Positions 12,917-24,338 of a DNA stretch of 64,000 nt are shown here, one piece after another. The position numbers were made by a program, and so were the translations under genes. The stretch is taken from the NCBI RefSeq assembly GCF_016433145.1, contig NC_058130.1, positions 86,034,640 to 86,098,639 of the forward strand. Direction: 5' to 3'. The notes beneath the pieces were generated by a model, which saw only the letters and a program-made list of their open reading frames with translations, was not told the origin of the DNA and made no database searches. This stretch comes from Gracilinanus agilis (taxonomy: Eukaryota). Position 1 is the stretch's first letter, and each line of letters starts with the position of its first letter.

Positions 12917-13760
12917 CGCTAAGCCACGTGTGACTTCGGGGCTGACTTGGACCAGGCGCGACTGCTGCGCAGGCGGCTGCTGCTGGGACTGCCGGCGGGA
13001 GGCATTTCGTCCTCGGGAAGGAGTTGCCGTCAGTGCTGACTCTAAGCGGGGTGCTGCGGCCCCGGCTACCGGACTCGATCCCGAAAACTACTCAGCGGCC
13101 CAACGGCCACTAGTTCGCGTCACGTTCCCATAGCAACCAGCTCAGTGCTGTTGCGAGGACCCCTGCGGCACGGGCAGCCTAGCACTTCGCCTGCTCGCGC
13201 GGCAGCACTCTTGCTGCCACAACCGCAGTTGCTGGGGCTAGAATGGGTGACGGGAAGGAACTCTTCGATTCTGTAGGTGAGGAAAGGAGACAGCAGGTTC
13301 CGTCCTTCTGACTTAAGAGGTGACCGAAGGAACGGAACCCATCAGGCAATGCCCAGGCCCGCCCCGCACCCTTCTGAGCTGCGAGTGGCGGACTGCAGGC
13401 GCTGAGGTGGCGAAGGCTGGCCTTCGTGCGCGGGGGGCGGGCTGGGGCGGGCCCTGGGCCCTGAAGGGCGGAGCAGGGCTCGGGCTCGAGGGCGGCTCCA
13501 CAGGTCGAAGGTGAGGTTGTGGGCTGGCGTGGCTAGGTCCCTGTAGCAGGCTGGGACCCCGGTTGAGGGCAGTGGTTGGAACGGGCTAGACTCGGGGGAG
13601 AAGGCTGGTAGAGGCACAGCTTGCTCCGCAAGCAAAGGAAGCCTTCCGCGGTTCCTGGGCATCCACGGGGAACGGACTCGTGGCGTCCGAGGAACCCCCG
13701 AAGAGAACCTCCCCTCCCCCTTCGCATCCTACGGGGACTCTCCGTTCCCCAGGCTTGAGG
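12560..13760. promoter_or_regulatory. CpG island / bidirectional promoter of SPCS1 (-) and GLT8D1 (+)
   Basis: CpG-dense and GC-rich. Tandem ETS-like CCGGAAGCGGATGT 12858-12871, GC boxes 12901-12914, E-box CACGTG 12925-12930, X-box GTTCCCATAGCAAC 13124-13137. Candidate GLT8D1 exon-1 donors AG|GTGAGG at 13276/13277 and 13510/13511. Confidence 0.85.
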
Positions 13761-14091
13761 CTCCTCCCCCAGCCCTGCCTTGGGTTTTGACTCCTAGTAT
13801 GTCACAGCTGGATCCAGCGATCCTCTCATGTCTTCTTATCCACTTCCCTCTTACACCCCAGTTGTATACCTGGGGAAACCGAGGCCTGGAGAAAGGAAGT
13901 GAATTGACCACTCCCACACTAGGGACTTCGGGACTCCTGCATCCTTGAAGAGGGGGTCCCGAAAGCTTTTAGCCCACCGACCAAAGACTTGATCAACTCC
14001 AGAGGACCCTCATCCTCTTGCCATTTAGGAGAGAAGCCCCCAGGCCTCAGAAAACCGTCTAGGTCAGATGTTCCTTCTTTGCTTTCTACAG

Positions 14092-14153
14092 ATAAATGTA
14101 TGAATCTCAGCATCAGGGATTCTTCATTCTTCAGGACCATTACCTGTAAACAG
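14092..14153 (+). other. GLT8D1: Putative non-coding 5' UTR exon of GLT8D1
   Basis: Strong acceptor (TTCCTTCTTTGCTTTCTACAG) and consensus donor (CAG|GTGAGT) bracket a 62-nt segment just downstream of the CpG island. Confidence 0.55.
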
Positions 14154-15494
14154 GTGAGTTGCAACAAGCTCTTAAAGAAACAATACCAAGAAAAAAATAT
14201 GGAGAGGCCAATATCATCATAAATAATGTATTCTCAGCTTGTCCTCATGACATCCCTGTGTTGAAGGAAGAGGAAACTGTGGTGTGAAAGAAAATTTTGG
14301 TGCCATATCTGATATTTAGCAGTGGTGTGACTCTGGAATAATATCTGAGTTCACTTCCTGTATTGAAGGATAAAAGTGTTTGTATTACATCTTAAGGACC
14401 TTCATTATACAGAATTATATTTTTGCATAACTTATCCAAAATTAAATCCTAAAATTAATGTACAGAGCAGTGATTTATAATACTTCGGATATAATGCTTC
14501 ATTGAAATGTAGAATTGAAAAATAAAATGATTTGCTTAAGTTTCTTGGGAAACCACATCTTTTCTGGCGATGGAATTTTGTTGTATAACAACATTAATAA
14601 ATGTATCCTGGGGTGATTCTGGTGTGGGGAGAGACTTGAGGAAGACAGACTCACAATCAGACTATTTCAATAATCCAGATATAAAGTGATGATAGCCTGC
14701 ATCAGAGTGGTGGTAGTGTCAGAGAAGAGAGGGGAACATATTGGAGATGTTGCAGATGTGAAATTTGACAGACCATGGCAACATTTTGGATTTGGGGAAT
14801 AAGAGATAATAAGGAGTCATGTGAACCTGAGGGACTGAGAGGATGGTGTTGTCCTCTATAGTAACAGGGAAGCAGGGGAGGTAGTAGAGAATTTAACATC
14901 AGCCTGATAAACCGGATAAATGAGACGTAGGCTAAAAGAATATAGAAGCCAGCACCCAGCACTGCGGTTCATTTGACCTTTGGACTGCAGGTGTGGGGAG
15001 GGGTCAGAATACCACAAGGTTTGAGTTCCAATACCATTCAAGGATCCATAAATCAATTATGTGAAATATTAGAAATATATCCATAAATCTGGTACATGAG
15101 CACATTGCTCATAAGAGTCAGCTTTTGAATGCATCTTTAATACTTTCGTGATTAGTTCACATCTGGGACCCCACAGAGTGCTACCACTTATTGGTTTTGT
15201 GATTTGGTTCATGCTACTTGAGTTCTCTGAGCTTCACCTTTGTATTGCACTTTACCTCTAAGAACTCAATGAAACTGAAAATGAGTTGTTGCCACTAAAG
15301 AATAAATCCTAAGCAAAGGAAAACCGGAAGAGGAGCAATTTCTTTTGCTGTGCAAATCCATTTAAACAGTAATGGCCCATCAGTTCTTCCTAGTAATATG
15401 CCACTTGTATATAAGCAAGGGGATAAAGGGAGCAGATAAGGATATTTCTGTATTTTGGGATAGTTCCAATGACACAAAGTAACTTTTTAAAAAA

Positions 15495-15678
15495 AAAAAA
15501 ACCCTTATTTTCTGACCTAGAAACAACTCTTAAGACAAAAGGACGGGGACTAGGCAAATGGAGTTAAGTGACTTGCCCAAGGTTACATGGCTAGGAAAGT
15601 GTCCGAGGCTAGTATTGAATTGAGGTCCTCTTTCTTCAAACTTGGCGCTTTATCCACTCTACCACCTAGCTGTCCCTA
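15495..15678 (-). mobile_element. Marsupial tRNA-derived SINE (older copy)
   Basis: Reverse complement begins GGGACAGCTAGGTGGTAGAGTGG and contains TTGGGCAAGTCACTTAAC. Confidence 0.75.
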
Positions 15679-15959
15679 AAGTAACTTTTTAAGGATAGAG
15701 TAGCAATGAGATAACAAGATATGCAGTTCTGTGTGCCAGAGTAGATGTTATAGTCCCAGAGATATAGGAAATAATATTATTTGCATCTTTCAGCAAATTG
15801 TTATCATTTTAGTAGTAAGTACCTACCACATGTAAGATTTTGTACTAGTTGTTGGAGATTTGAAGATAAAAAATTTTTGAGGGAATCTACATGAATAATT
15901 AAATAGAAGATAATTTGAATAGAGAATACTAATAACTAAGGGGATTTGCAGTGGCATAT

Positions 15960-16800
15960 TGGGAAAAAAATTTTTTCAAATGTCTTTTATTTTTATAGCA
16001 GTCATTCAAACTTCACTTCTCTTTCTGTATTAAACCTTGCTTAGCGACAAAAATAATTAAACAAAACTACCCAATACAGGGACTACCTCTGGCAATATAT
16101 GCAATATTCCACCCTCAGAATCTACTTCTGTGCTGTGACTTGGGGGGAAAGCTAGGTTTCATTTACTCTTGGTCATTTTTATAGATTTTTTCTGTTAGTC
16201 AAGAGTCCAACTTCTTCAGAATGATCTTTCTATTCCCATTGTTTATAATGTGTATACTGTTCTTTTGTATCAGCTTATTTCACTCTGTATCAGTTTATGT
16301 AAATATTCCCATATTTTTATAAATTCCTCATATTAATCATTTCCATTACATTCATAGATTAAATGGTTTTTGTTCATTTCTCATCTACTCTCTGCCACCC
16401 CTCCACCCCCATCCCCTATTTTCATTACTACAGAGTTGAACTCCAAATATTTTGATCTGTATTGGACTGTCTTTGACTTCCTTGGAGTATGTGCCCATTA
16501 GAGTTGGTGAATCATAGAGTATGGACAGTTTAGTCATTTTTCTGGAACAATTCCATATTGATCTGCAGAATAATTAGACCTAGACCACCAGACAACTCTA
16601 CCAGTACTCTTAGTTTGTCTTCTCATAACTACCTTCAACATTACTATCCTCTTTTTTCAGTCATCTTTTCAAGTTTACTTGATATAAGGTAAAATCTGTT
16701 ATAATTTGTATTTTTCACCATTAGAGATTGGGGGCATGTTTTCATATGGTCATTTAGTTTGCAGTTTTAAAAAAAAACTATGTTTATGTTATTTGAGTGT
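15960..16800 (-). mobile_element. Old LINE-1 3' fragment, antisense
   Basis: T-rich antisense L1 3' region text (TTCACTCTGTATCAGTT, CAATTCCATATTGAT, TTTCATATGGTC); boundaries are approximate. Confidence 0.55.
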
Positions 16801-17089
16801 ATAATCAAACTAGCTTCAACATACTATATATCTATATATGTATATAGAATTTATTTTTTAAGTGATAGGAGAGGGAGACAGCCAACATCTGAGGAAACCA
16901 GGAAAGACCTTTTGAATTAATGGCCCCTGAGATGAGCCTTGAAAGGAGCTAGTGTTTTCAGGAAATGGAGGTTGATAAGGGAGAGAAATTCCAGATGTAA
17001 GGAACAAATCTCAAGAGACAGGAGACGTAATACTATGTACAAAGAATGTCAAGTGGATCAGTTTAACCAGAATGTAGAGTGAGATAGTG

Positions 17090-17471
17090 TGTAAAAGGAA
17101 CCCCTCCTCCCAGGCTCATCCAACCTGCGTCCCTGCGCTGCATGATCGGATCTCACATGAATGCCCCAAACAGAGGTCACAGGTGAAAAGTCCTAGGGAC
17201 ATGACCTGGAACTAAAGGTTATGGGTCCAGGCCAAAAGAAATAAATAAAAGCAAGGTGCCAGGAAATGGTCTCTCTCTATTCCCTTGGGGTGGTGGTGAA
17301 GGACCATGGCTGGGAACAATGAGGCAGAACACCACATGGTCAAAATTAGATTAGAAATAGGCTTTAATCTCTATCTATCTGCTTTCTTTATTCAAGCTTA
17401 TTAATAAACTCTATGGAAACTAAGAACCTGGAGTTCATAACTTAACTTTAATAATAGAATAATTTTTTACA
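17090..17471 (+). mobile_element. Solo LTR inserted in an L2 fragment
   Basis: TGTAAAAGG...TTTTTACA termini with internal AATAAA. Its 3' part (TTATTAATAAACT..AT.GAAA.TAAGAAC.TGGA) resembles the LTR end at 18826-18900. No TSD found. Confidence 0.6.
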
Positions 17472-18825
17472 GACCAGAGAAGTAGGTTGGAAGCAAACTG
17501 AAGGACTTTAAACACCAAATCAAGGGAGTTTGTATTTTATTCTAGAAGTTGGTTGTTGGCCTTTATGCTCAAAAAGGACCAAAATGATATCACTGGTGGT
17601 GTCTTTTGATTCACACAAAAATTGGATTTGAGAAAAGCAGAGTTGCACCAAGTTGTCAGCCTCACTCTCTTTCCCAAAGTCATAGAAGTCCAGTGGCTCA
17701 AAAGTCAAGGTGACTGGTGATAGCTATGTAGTCAATATGCAATCAATATGCAGTTGATAACCTCAGCTTCTTCAATATCTAACCAAGCTCTGAGCACTCC
17801 ACTGCATCAGCTTCTATCATTTTCATGGCTATTGAAACAAATTGTTTTCGTTTGCCTTTTCTACTGGAAAAAATCTTTATATGTCTGAAATAGACATTCC
17901 CCCAACTCACAGAAGGGTAAAGGGCTTGGCTAGCCCTCACACCAGAGGTATTAGTCTTCCCTGAAAACCTTGTACACCTCCTACTGAGCTATTGAAGTTT
18001 CTCAAGGAAGGGAATGGCATTGTCTGACTTGTGCTTGGTGGCTGTGTAAAGGATAAATTTAGAGGATAATTTGGAGAGAGAAATACATGGAAATCAGAAA
18101 TCTATTGCAGTAGTCCAGGTGAGAAAGATTTAAGGATTTAAACCAGCATGTTTATGATGTGAGTGGAGAAAGATTTATCTGAGAGACATTAAAGAGATAG
18201 AATCAGGAAGACTTGGAAACTGACTGGCTATGTGGAGTGTAAGGTTTAAAGGATCAAGGATGACTCAAAAGTTGTGAATTTGGGTAACTGGAAGTATAGC
18301 AATGTCCTTCACAGAAATAGAGAAATGAGTAGGAAGGAAAGATTTTGGGGGAAAGAAGAGTTTGTTTTTTTCTTAACACTCATCTTTCTTGACCTCTCTC
18401 TAGCCTTTGAGACTATTCTTCACCTTCTCCTTCATATTCTCTTCTCTCTGTTTTTTGGGCACTCCTCTCTCTTACCTATCTGACTGCACCCTCTCAGTTT
18501 CCTTTTCACCAAGTCATGCCTAATAGCTAGAGATATCCCATAGGATTCTGTGTGGGTCCAAGTCTCTTCTTCCTCTTTCACTTAGTGATCTCATTAACTC
18601 CATGGATTCAACTATCATCTCTGCTAATGATTCTCAAGTTTTACTTATCCATCCCTAAGCCCTCTGCTAAACTCAGATATAACATCTTTTTTTTTTTTTT
18701 AACCCTTATCTTTTGTCTTGATTGTAAGATAGAAGAGTGGTAAGAGTTAGGCAATGAGGGTTAGGAGACTTGCCCAGGGTCACACAGGCTGGGAAGTGTC
18801 TGAGATCAGATTGGCACCCAGGATC

Positions 18826-21800
18826 TGTTAGGTTTAAATTAATATCTTCCATGTTCTTATTTTCTATAAAGTTTATTAATAATCACTTGAAATAGAAAGG
18901 ATAGATAAGCATAGATTTAAAGTAAAGTTTCTTTCTTACTCTAAAGTCTGACCATATGTCCAGATCCTCCATCCATCCCTTGCCTGCTCCAGAAAGTAAT
19001 GAGCCAAAAGACCCCCTGGGATCTACCCACTCCCTTTTTATCTACGTTCCTGTACACAACGCTGGCATGTGAAAAAGAGGATGAACAGGTTGGCAGTCCA
19101 GGAGGGGGAGGGAATGAAATTCCCTCTACACAATCCCCCCTGTGATCCTTTGGGAGACTAGTCTCCCCAGTGGAACATTTAAACATAACTATCTTATACC
19201 TCTAAAGATCTTCTAGCTAAAAATACATACAATATTGCACTTTCTAAGAGGGAGTTACAATATTTAGAGATAATGGGAAAATAAAAGAGGAAGAAAACAA
19301 AAATGATTGATAGACGCATTGACAAAATGCCAATTAGGGGGCAGTCCTCTTTGGCATAAGAATTTATTTTCAGAATAAGTATGTTCAACCCCCTTCAGTT
19401 CAGTTCATTATATCCCAAAGTTCATTATGGATCTTTTGATGCAGTGTATGGCTTCTGTAGGCATCTTTACAGCACCTTCTTCAAAAAGATCCACTTTCTT
19501 GATTTGGGTTGTTGGTGAGTTTCTTTTCCTGAAATTTCTCCAAAAGATTTTAAATCTTGGATTTTAGGATAATTACACCATCCCCCCTGAGGAAGGTGTT
19601 GACCAACACCAGAATCACCCCAGGACACATGGCTGAGTTATGAGGTATATGAAGTAATGTCAAAAGAAAACCATTAACCCAAAAAAAATCTCAAATAAAA
19701 GAACAAAAATTTAATTCTGGATAAAATAAATAAGAAGAAAAATAATAAAAACATAATAATAAAAATTTTAAAAATAAAATTGAATTTTATTTATTCAGAG
19801 TATAAAAAAGAATAAACCTGTAACAAGTTCTTGAATCACTAGCAAGGCCTAATTAAAGCGATTTATGTCCCACAAGCCTGTAGGACAATTGCAGCGATAT
19901 AGCACTTTACCCATTGGCAGCCAGAACTACAGAAAATTGCTAAACTATAAGATAGAAAGGACTAGGTTTTAGCAGCAAATGGGAAAAATCATTCCCTGGT
20001 CTGATTTTACCTTCACTGTCAGGGATAGGGGTTGCCAGGATGATAGCCAAACTTCAGTACTTGACTGAGAGTATTTCAGGAGTCCTGCATCTTAACATAT
20101 GTCAAGCACCTCAACCTCAAGTCTCACACTAGGTTCAAATCCTTTTGTATTGGAGTAGAAGTTCAACAATCCTACCTGGATTGGTTTGGTCCTTTTTGAC
20201 CTTATGCTCCTAGGCACTGTACAGATTCTCATCAATCCCATTGGGATTGGTTGGTTTCCTTGACCTTGTGCTTCTTGGCACTGTATAATGGTTCTTTTGT
20301 TCCCTTCTCTTGGAATCAGACACAATCATTAATCACAGTCCCATAACATTTATCAATTCATGGCAGGTTTCCATAGTCTAAAGCTTTTGGGTGTGCATAG
20401 TTTTTAGGGCTAATAAATACTGTAAACTTATCCTTCAAGATCAAAAACATTAATACTGATTCCATGTACTTCAAGTACTACAAAGGATAGGAAAAAAGAA
20501 TCAAATATCCTATTGCAAACATAAAGAAAAAAAAATAATAAATCATAATTTCATAGTTCACATTCCATGTGACAATGTGTTAGCCAAGCCGAGGTAGAAC
20601 ACAAAGGTTTCTCAATCAAAAATGATATCTATTTCTCTTTTAACTTGGCCATGATCCACAGTGTGAGTATACATGATTTTTCACCAGATAAAAGCCTTTT
20701 AAAAACAGTAATACAACAACTAATGCAGATTCTAAGAAGTACCAAAATCCCCAAAATTATAAGAGCCCATTTTAGGACAATTGCAAACAACCCCATTCCT
20801 TGCAGCCATGAGAGGTTTCACCAGCTATCATTAGGATTCACATGAGTATATCTACTTGCTCTGTGTCATTTAAAGACTTCTTAAGCTCATGGATATTTGT
20901 CACAAGTTCTCCAGACCTAGCCAATCTTTCAACCTTGGCTGAGATATTTTTAACAAAGTCTGTTACTGCCATTATTCCAAAATTTGGCAAGAGAGCCTTA
21001 GAATAACAAACACAGATCTTTGTACTGCTGATAAAACCTTTTGGGTCTAAAATATCACCAAGAATTTAGATCAGTTTCTAAACTTTTTTGGCCTACCGTC
21101 CCCTTTCCAGAAAAAAAATATTTCTTAGCCCTCTGGAAATTATTTTTTAAAATTTTAATAGCAATTAATAAGAAAGATAAATGCACCTGTGGCCATCACC
21201 ACCACTCTGGATTCTGCAGCACCCACCAGGGGGCGGTAGCGCCCACTTCGGGAATCACTGATTTAGATCATTCTGGTGGAAGAATAGAATCTTCACAGGA
21301 AAAATCATTCCCACCTCCTGGATGAGATTATAACCCATCACAGGGTAACTAAACCACTTGGGCACCCCCTCCCTCTAGTAACTGTAACAGTGTAACAGAA
21401 CTGTCTCCAAATATGTCCCACCTATTTTCATGTGGAGCCAAGGACTAAACAGTGAAAAATCACTTCAGAAATCTCATCCATTATATTTTCAATAAATGCG
21501 GAGATGGGGAAATACAACAGTGCTATTGCACTTTTACTTCAACTACAAAGGGATCCTTATCTCTTGTTACAAACAACTCAGAGGCAGGCAAATGATCAGT
21601 CAGAGGTAGAGATACTACTAGATATCTAAAAATCACTTCTCAAAACCCCTTAAATTAATTTAAATAAATCATTGAATTCTCCAAAACTTGTATACAGGTT
21701 GAAACCAGTTTGATGTGTGAGTTAACAAATGCAAAAAAACCCAAAAGGCTGTATAGGCAACATGTGACCTCAGTAGATCTGGTGACAAAATCAACAACCC

Positions 21801-22182
21801 TAAGGATCTATGGTTTTTCCACAAAAAGGGTTTGTGCAAGGTGTTTATGGGCTTTCACAAAGATATGTTCTTCACCAATCCAGTCAAAGGGGAGGGTACA
21901 AATAAAGACAGTGTAACAGAATATATAGCTAATAGCCCAAACACAGTAATTGAAAGTGACATAGTATAATGTAATGTGATAAATTTGATTAACATGTGAA
22001 CTTAAAAACAAAATTAAATCTTAAAACAGTCAGCAAATACAATAAATGTGACAGGACACAGTCATTCAGTGTCAATAGAATGTACCCATTTTACATGGGA
22101 GCAATGAATCAAAAAGTTCTTTTCTCCAATTTAGTAACTTATGAAGTGGTTAACAGTAAATTACATACATCTTTTATTTAGA
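18826..22182 (-). mobile_element. Internally deleted endogenous retrovirus: integrase C-terminus, env relic, PPT and 3' LTR (19577-18826)
   Basis: Minus strand shows LLTT...IGEKNFLIHCSHVKW (IHCSHVK at 22109-22089), resembling the retroviral integrase-end motif WIHxSHVK; a hydrophobic TM-like WALIILGILVLLRICISCC (20769-20701); PPT AGGGGGGATGG; and an LTR TGTAATT...CCTAACA with AATAAA at 18877-18872. 4-bp TSD GATC. Confidence 0.75.
21072..21260. mobile_element. Non-autonomous hAT MITE, 189 bp, nested in the ERV
   Basis: CAGT...CACTG termini and a perfect 8-bp TSD ATTTAGAT (21064-21071, 21261-21268). Confidence 0.9.
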
Positions 22183-24338
22183 GATCTCCCCTCTATAGAC
22201 CTGACTCTCTATCCTCCGAGCCACTTAGCTGCTCCTCCAGGATCATATCTTCATCTGTTTTAACTCAATATGTCCTAAACACTCCCCTTCCTACCTTCTC
22301 TTTTACTGTCAAGGTCAACACCATCCTCCCAGTCACTCAGGCTCACAACCTCCAAATGTCATCCTCAACTTTTCACTGTTCAGCTCCCCTGTATCCAGTC
22401 TTTTGCTCCAGCCTATCTAGTTTACCTTCATAATATCGTTTACATATCCACCCTCCTCTTCCCCTGACACTGCCACCATCCTGGTGTGAGCCCTCACTAC
22501 CATACTGCTAACTATTTGCAATACCTTGCTAGTTGGGTTGATTCTCTGCCTTAAGTCTTTCCCCAGTGCAGTCCAAGCTCAACTCAATCATAAGGGCTAT
22601 CTTCCTAAAGTATAGACCTGACCATGTCGTCCATCTACTTGATAAACCCCAATGACTGCTTATTGCCTTCAGGATCAATTCAAAGCCCTTTAGAACCTAC
22701 CTTCTCACCCTACCCCCACCCCATTTTCCCAGTATTCTTATACCTTTCTCTTATGATCTGGTAGCACTAGCCTCTTTCCTATTTCTGAACAAGACATTCC
22801 AACTCCAGACTATTCATTTTTGCTGGATGTTTCCCATGCCTGGCATGCTCTTTCCCTCTTCATCTCCACCTCTGGGCTTCCTTCTGGTCCCAGATAAAAT
22901 TCCACCCTCTTCAGGAAGCCTTTCCCATCCCCCTTAATCCTAGAGCCTTCCCTATTTTCCTCTTATCCTGCATATATCTTGTTTGTACATAGTTATTTAT
23001 ATATTGCCTCCTCGATTGGATAGTGAGCTCCTGAAGAGCAAAGACTGCCTTTTGCTTTTTTGCTTTGTTTTCTTTATGTCCTCAGCACTTGACATATGGC
23101 CTGGCATATAGTAGTAGGTGCTTAGTACGAGTTTTTGACTGATTTTGTATATATTGAGTTTGAGATCCCTAGGAAACATACAGATGGAAAATGCCTATTA
23201 GATAGTTGGATATGTGGGGATGAGAGTTTAAGAGTGAGAAGTGGGCTGGATATGTAGATTTGGGAATCATCTGCTGTGAAAATGATTATTAAATATGCGG
23301 GAACTGATGAAATCTAAATTAGAACTTAGATAGAAGAGAGTACCCAAAGTGGAGCCTTGGAGTATCCCCTATATATGAAATAATACAAAAGATACTGAAA
23401 AGGAACAATAAGATAGGAAGAAAAACCCCAAGATTTTGTAGTTGCTTGATAAGGGATAAGCAATCTCCTCACTCCCATAATACTTTGTTTATATTCTTGT
23501 ATTAATCATGTATTGCCCTTATAGTTATTTGTGATTATGTCTTGCTCCCCATGTTGTGAGCTCCATGAATGTACCTTGGTTCCTAATCCAATCTCCAACT
23601 GATCCTGGCATAGAGCAGGTACATAATGTTGAGGGGAATGCTGGAAACAAAAGTAAAAAATACGTAAACCAGAAGCTCCATCTTCAGCCATATGATAAGC
23701 TGGTTCCAAAACTATCATAGCAACAGAATTCATTAGTTCATAAGGAAGAATTATCATGCTTTCCCAATCTAAGTATATCAGCATCTGGAATTTTTTTGAA
23801 TTTATTTTCCTCCTCTCTACCACACCTACTCCTTCCATAATTTTCTGTTTGATTCATAGGTTCATCTCCTTTCCTATGATTGGGGAGAGGGGTGGTTTCA
23901 GGGGATAGTTGTAAGGGAGTAACACTCCAACAGTGCCTAAACCATGATTACTGGCTTAGTAGCTCCTATTGACTTAATTGGGTGGGAGTTTCCTGAAGGC
24001 TGACAGAACATATAACAGAATTGTACTTCTGTGGCACTATAAAGGAGAGGACTGGGGATTTTAAGGTAAGTGTAATATAATACCAAAAAATACTGTGAAT
24101 TGCTTGATATTGGCATGCTTTTATTTTTTGTTTGACTTTGCCATTGTAGCAGTACTTCAAGTTCATACTTAGATATTAGATTATTTATTATAATATCATG
24201 AGTTAGAATCTTTACTACTAAACTTCATGGAAATGCCACCATAAAATTTAGCTGTTATGACTAGGTGCACACAGTGACTTTGGAATGTTTTTCTCTTGCA
24301 GGTTTTTAAAGTCATATTCTTTTAAGGCTGAAAGGAAA

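Larger units (their letters stand above)
18686..22235 (-). mobile_element. tRNA-derived SINE split into 18686-18825 and 22183-22235 by an ERV
   Basis: SINE text ...TTGCCCAGGGTCACAC..GGGAAGTGTCTGAG...CCCAGGATC stops at 18825 and resumes GATCTCCC...CTGACTCTC...GAGCCACTTAGCTGC at 22183, with GATC duplicated. Confidence 0.75.
18370..23150 (+). mobile_element. L2 LINE split into 18370-18690 and 22236-23150 by nested insertions
   Basis: L2 text (CATGGATTCAACTATCATCTCTGCTAATGATTCTC) stops at 18690 and resumes at ~22236, ending in the L2 3' terminus (GTGAGCTCCTGAAGAGCAAAGACTG...TGGCCTGGCATATAGTAGTAGGTGCTTAG). Confidence 0.7.

Noticed and set aside
20645-22070. Possible domesticated env (syncytin-like) gene
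   Set aside because: Multiple stops and frameshifts plus a MITE insertion; recorded only as an ERV relic.
23506-23838. 110-aa minus-strand ORF in the GLT8D1 5' intron
   Set aside because: No recognisable homology or splice context; it partly overlaps repeat-derived sequence.
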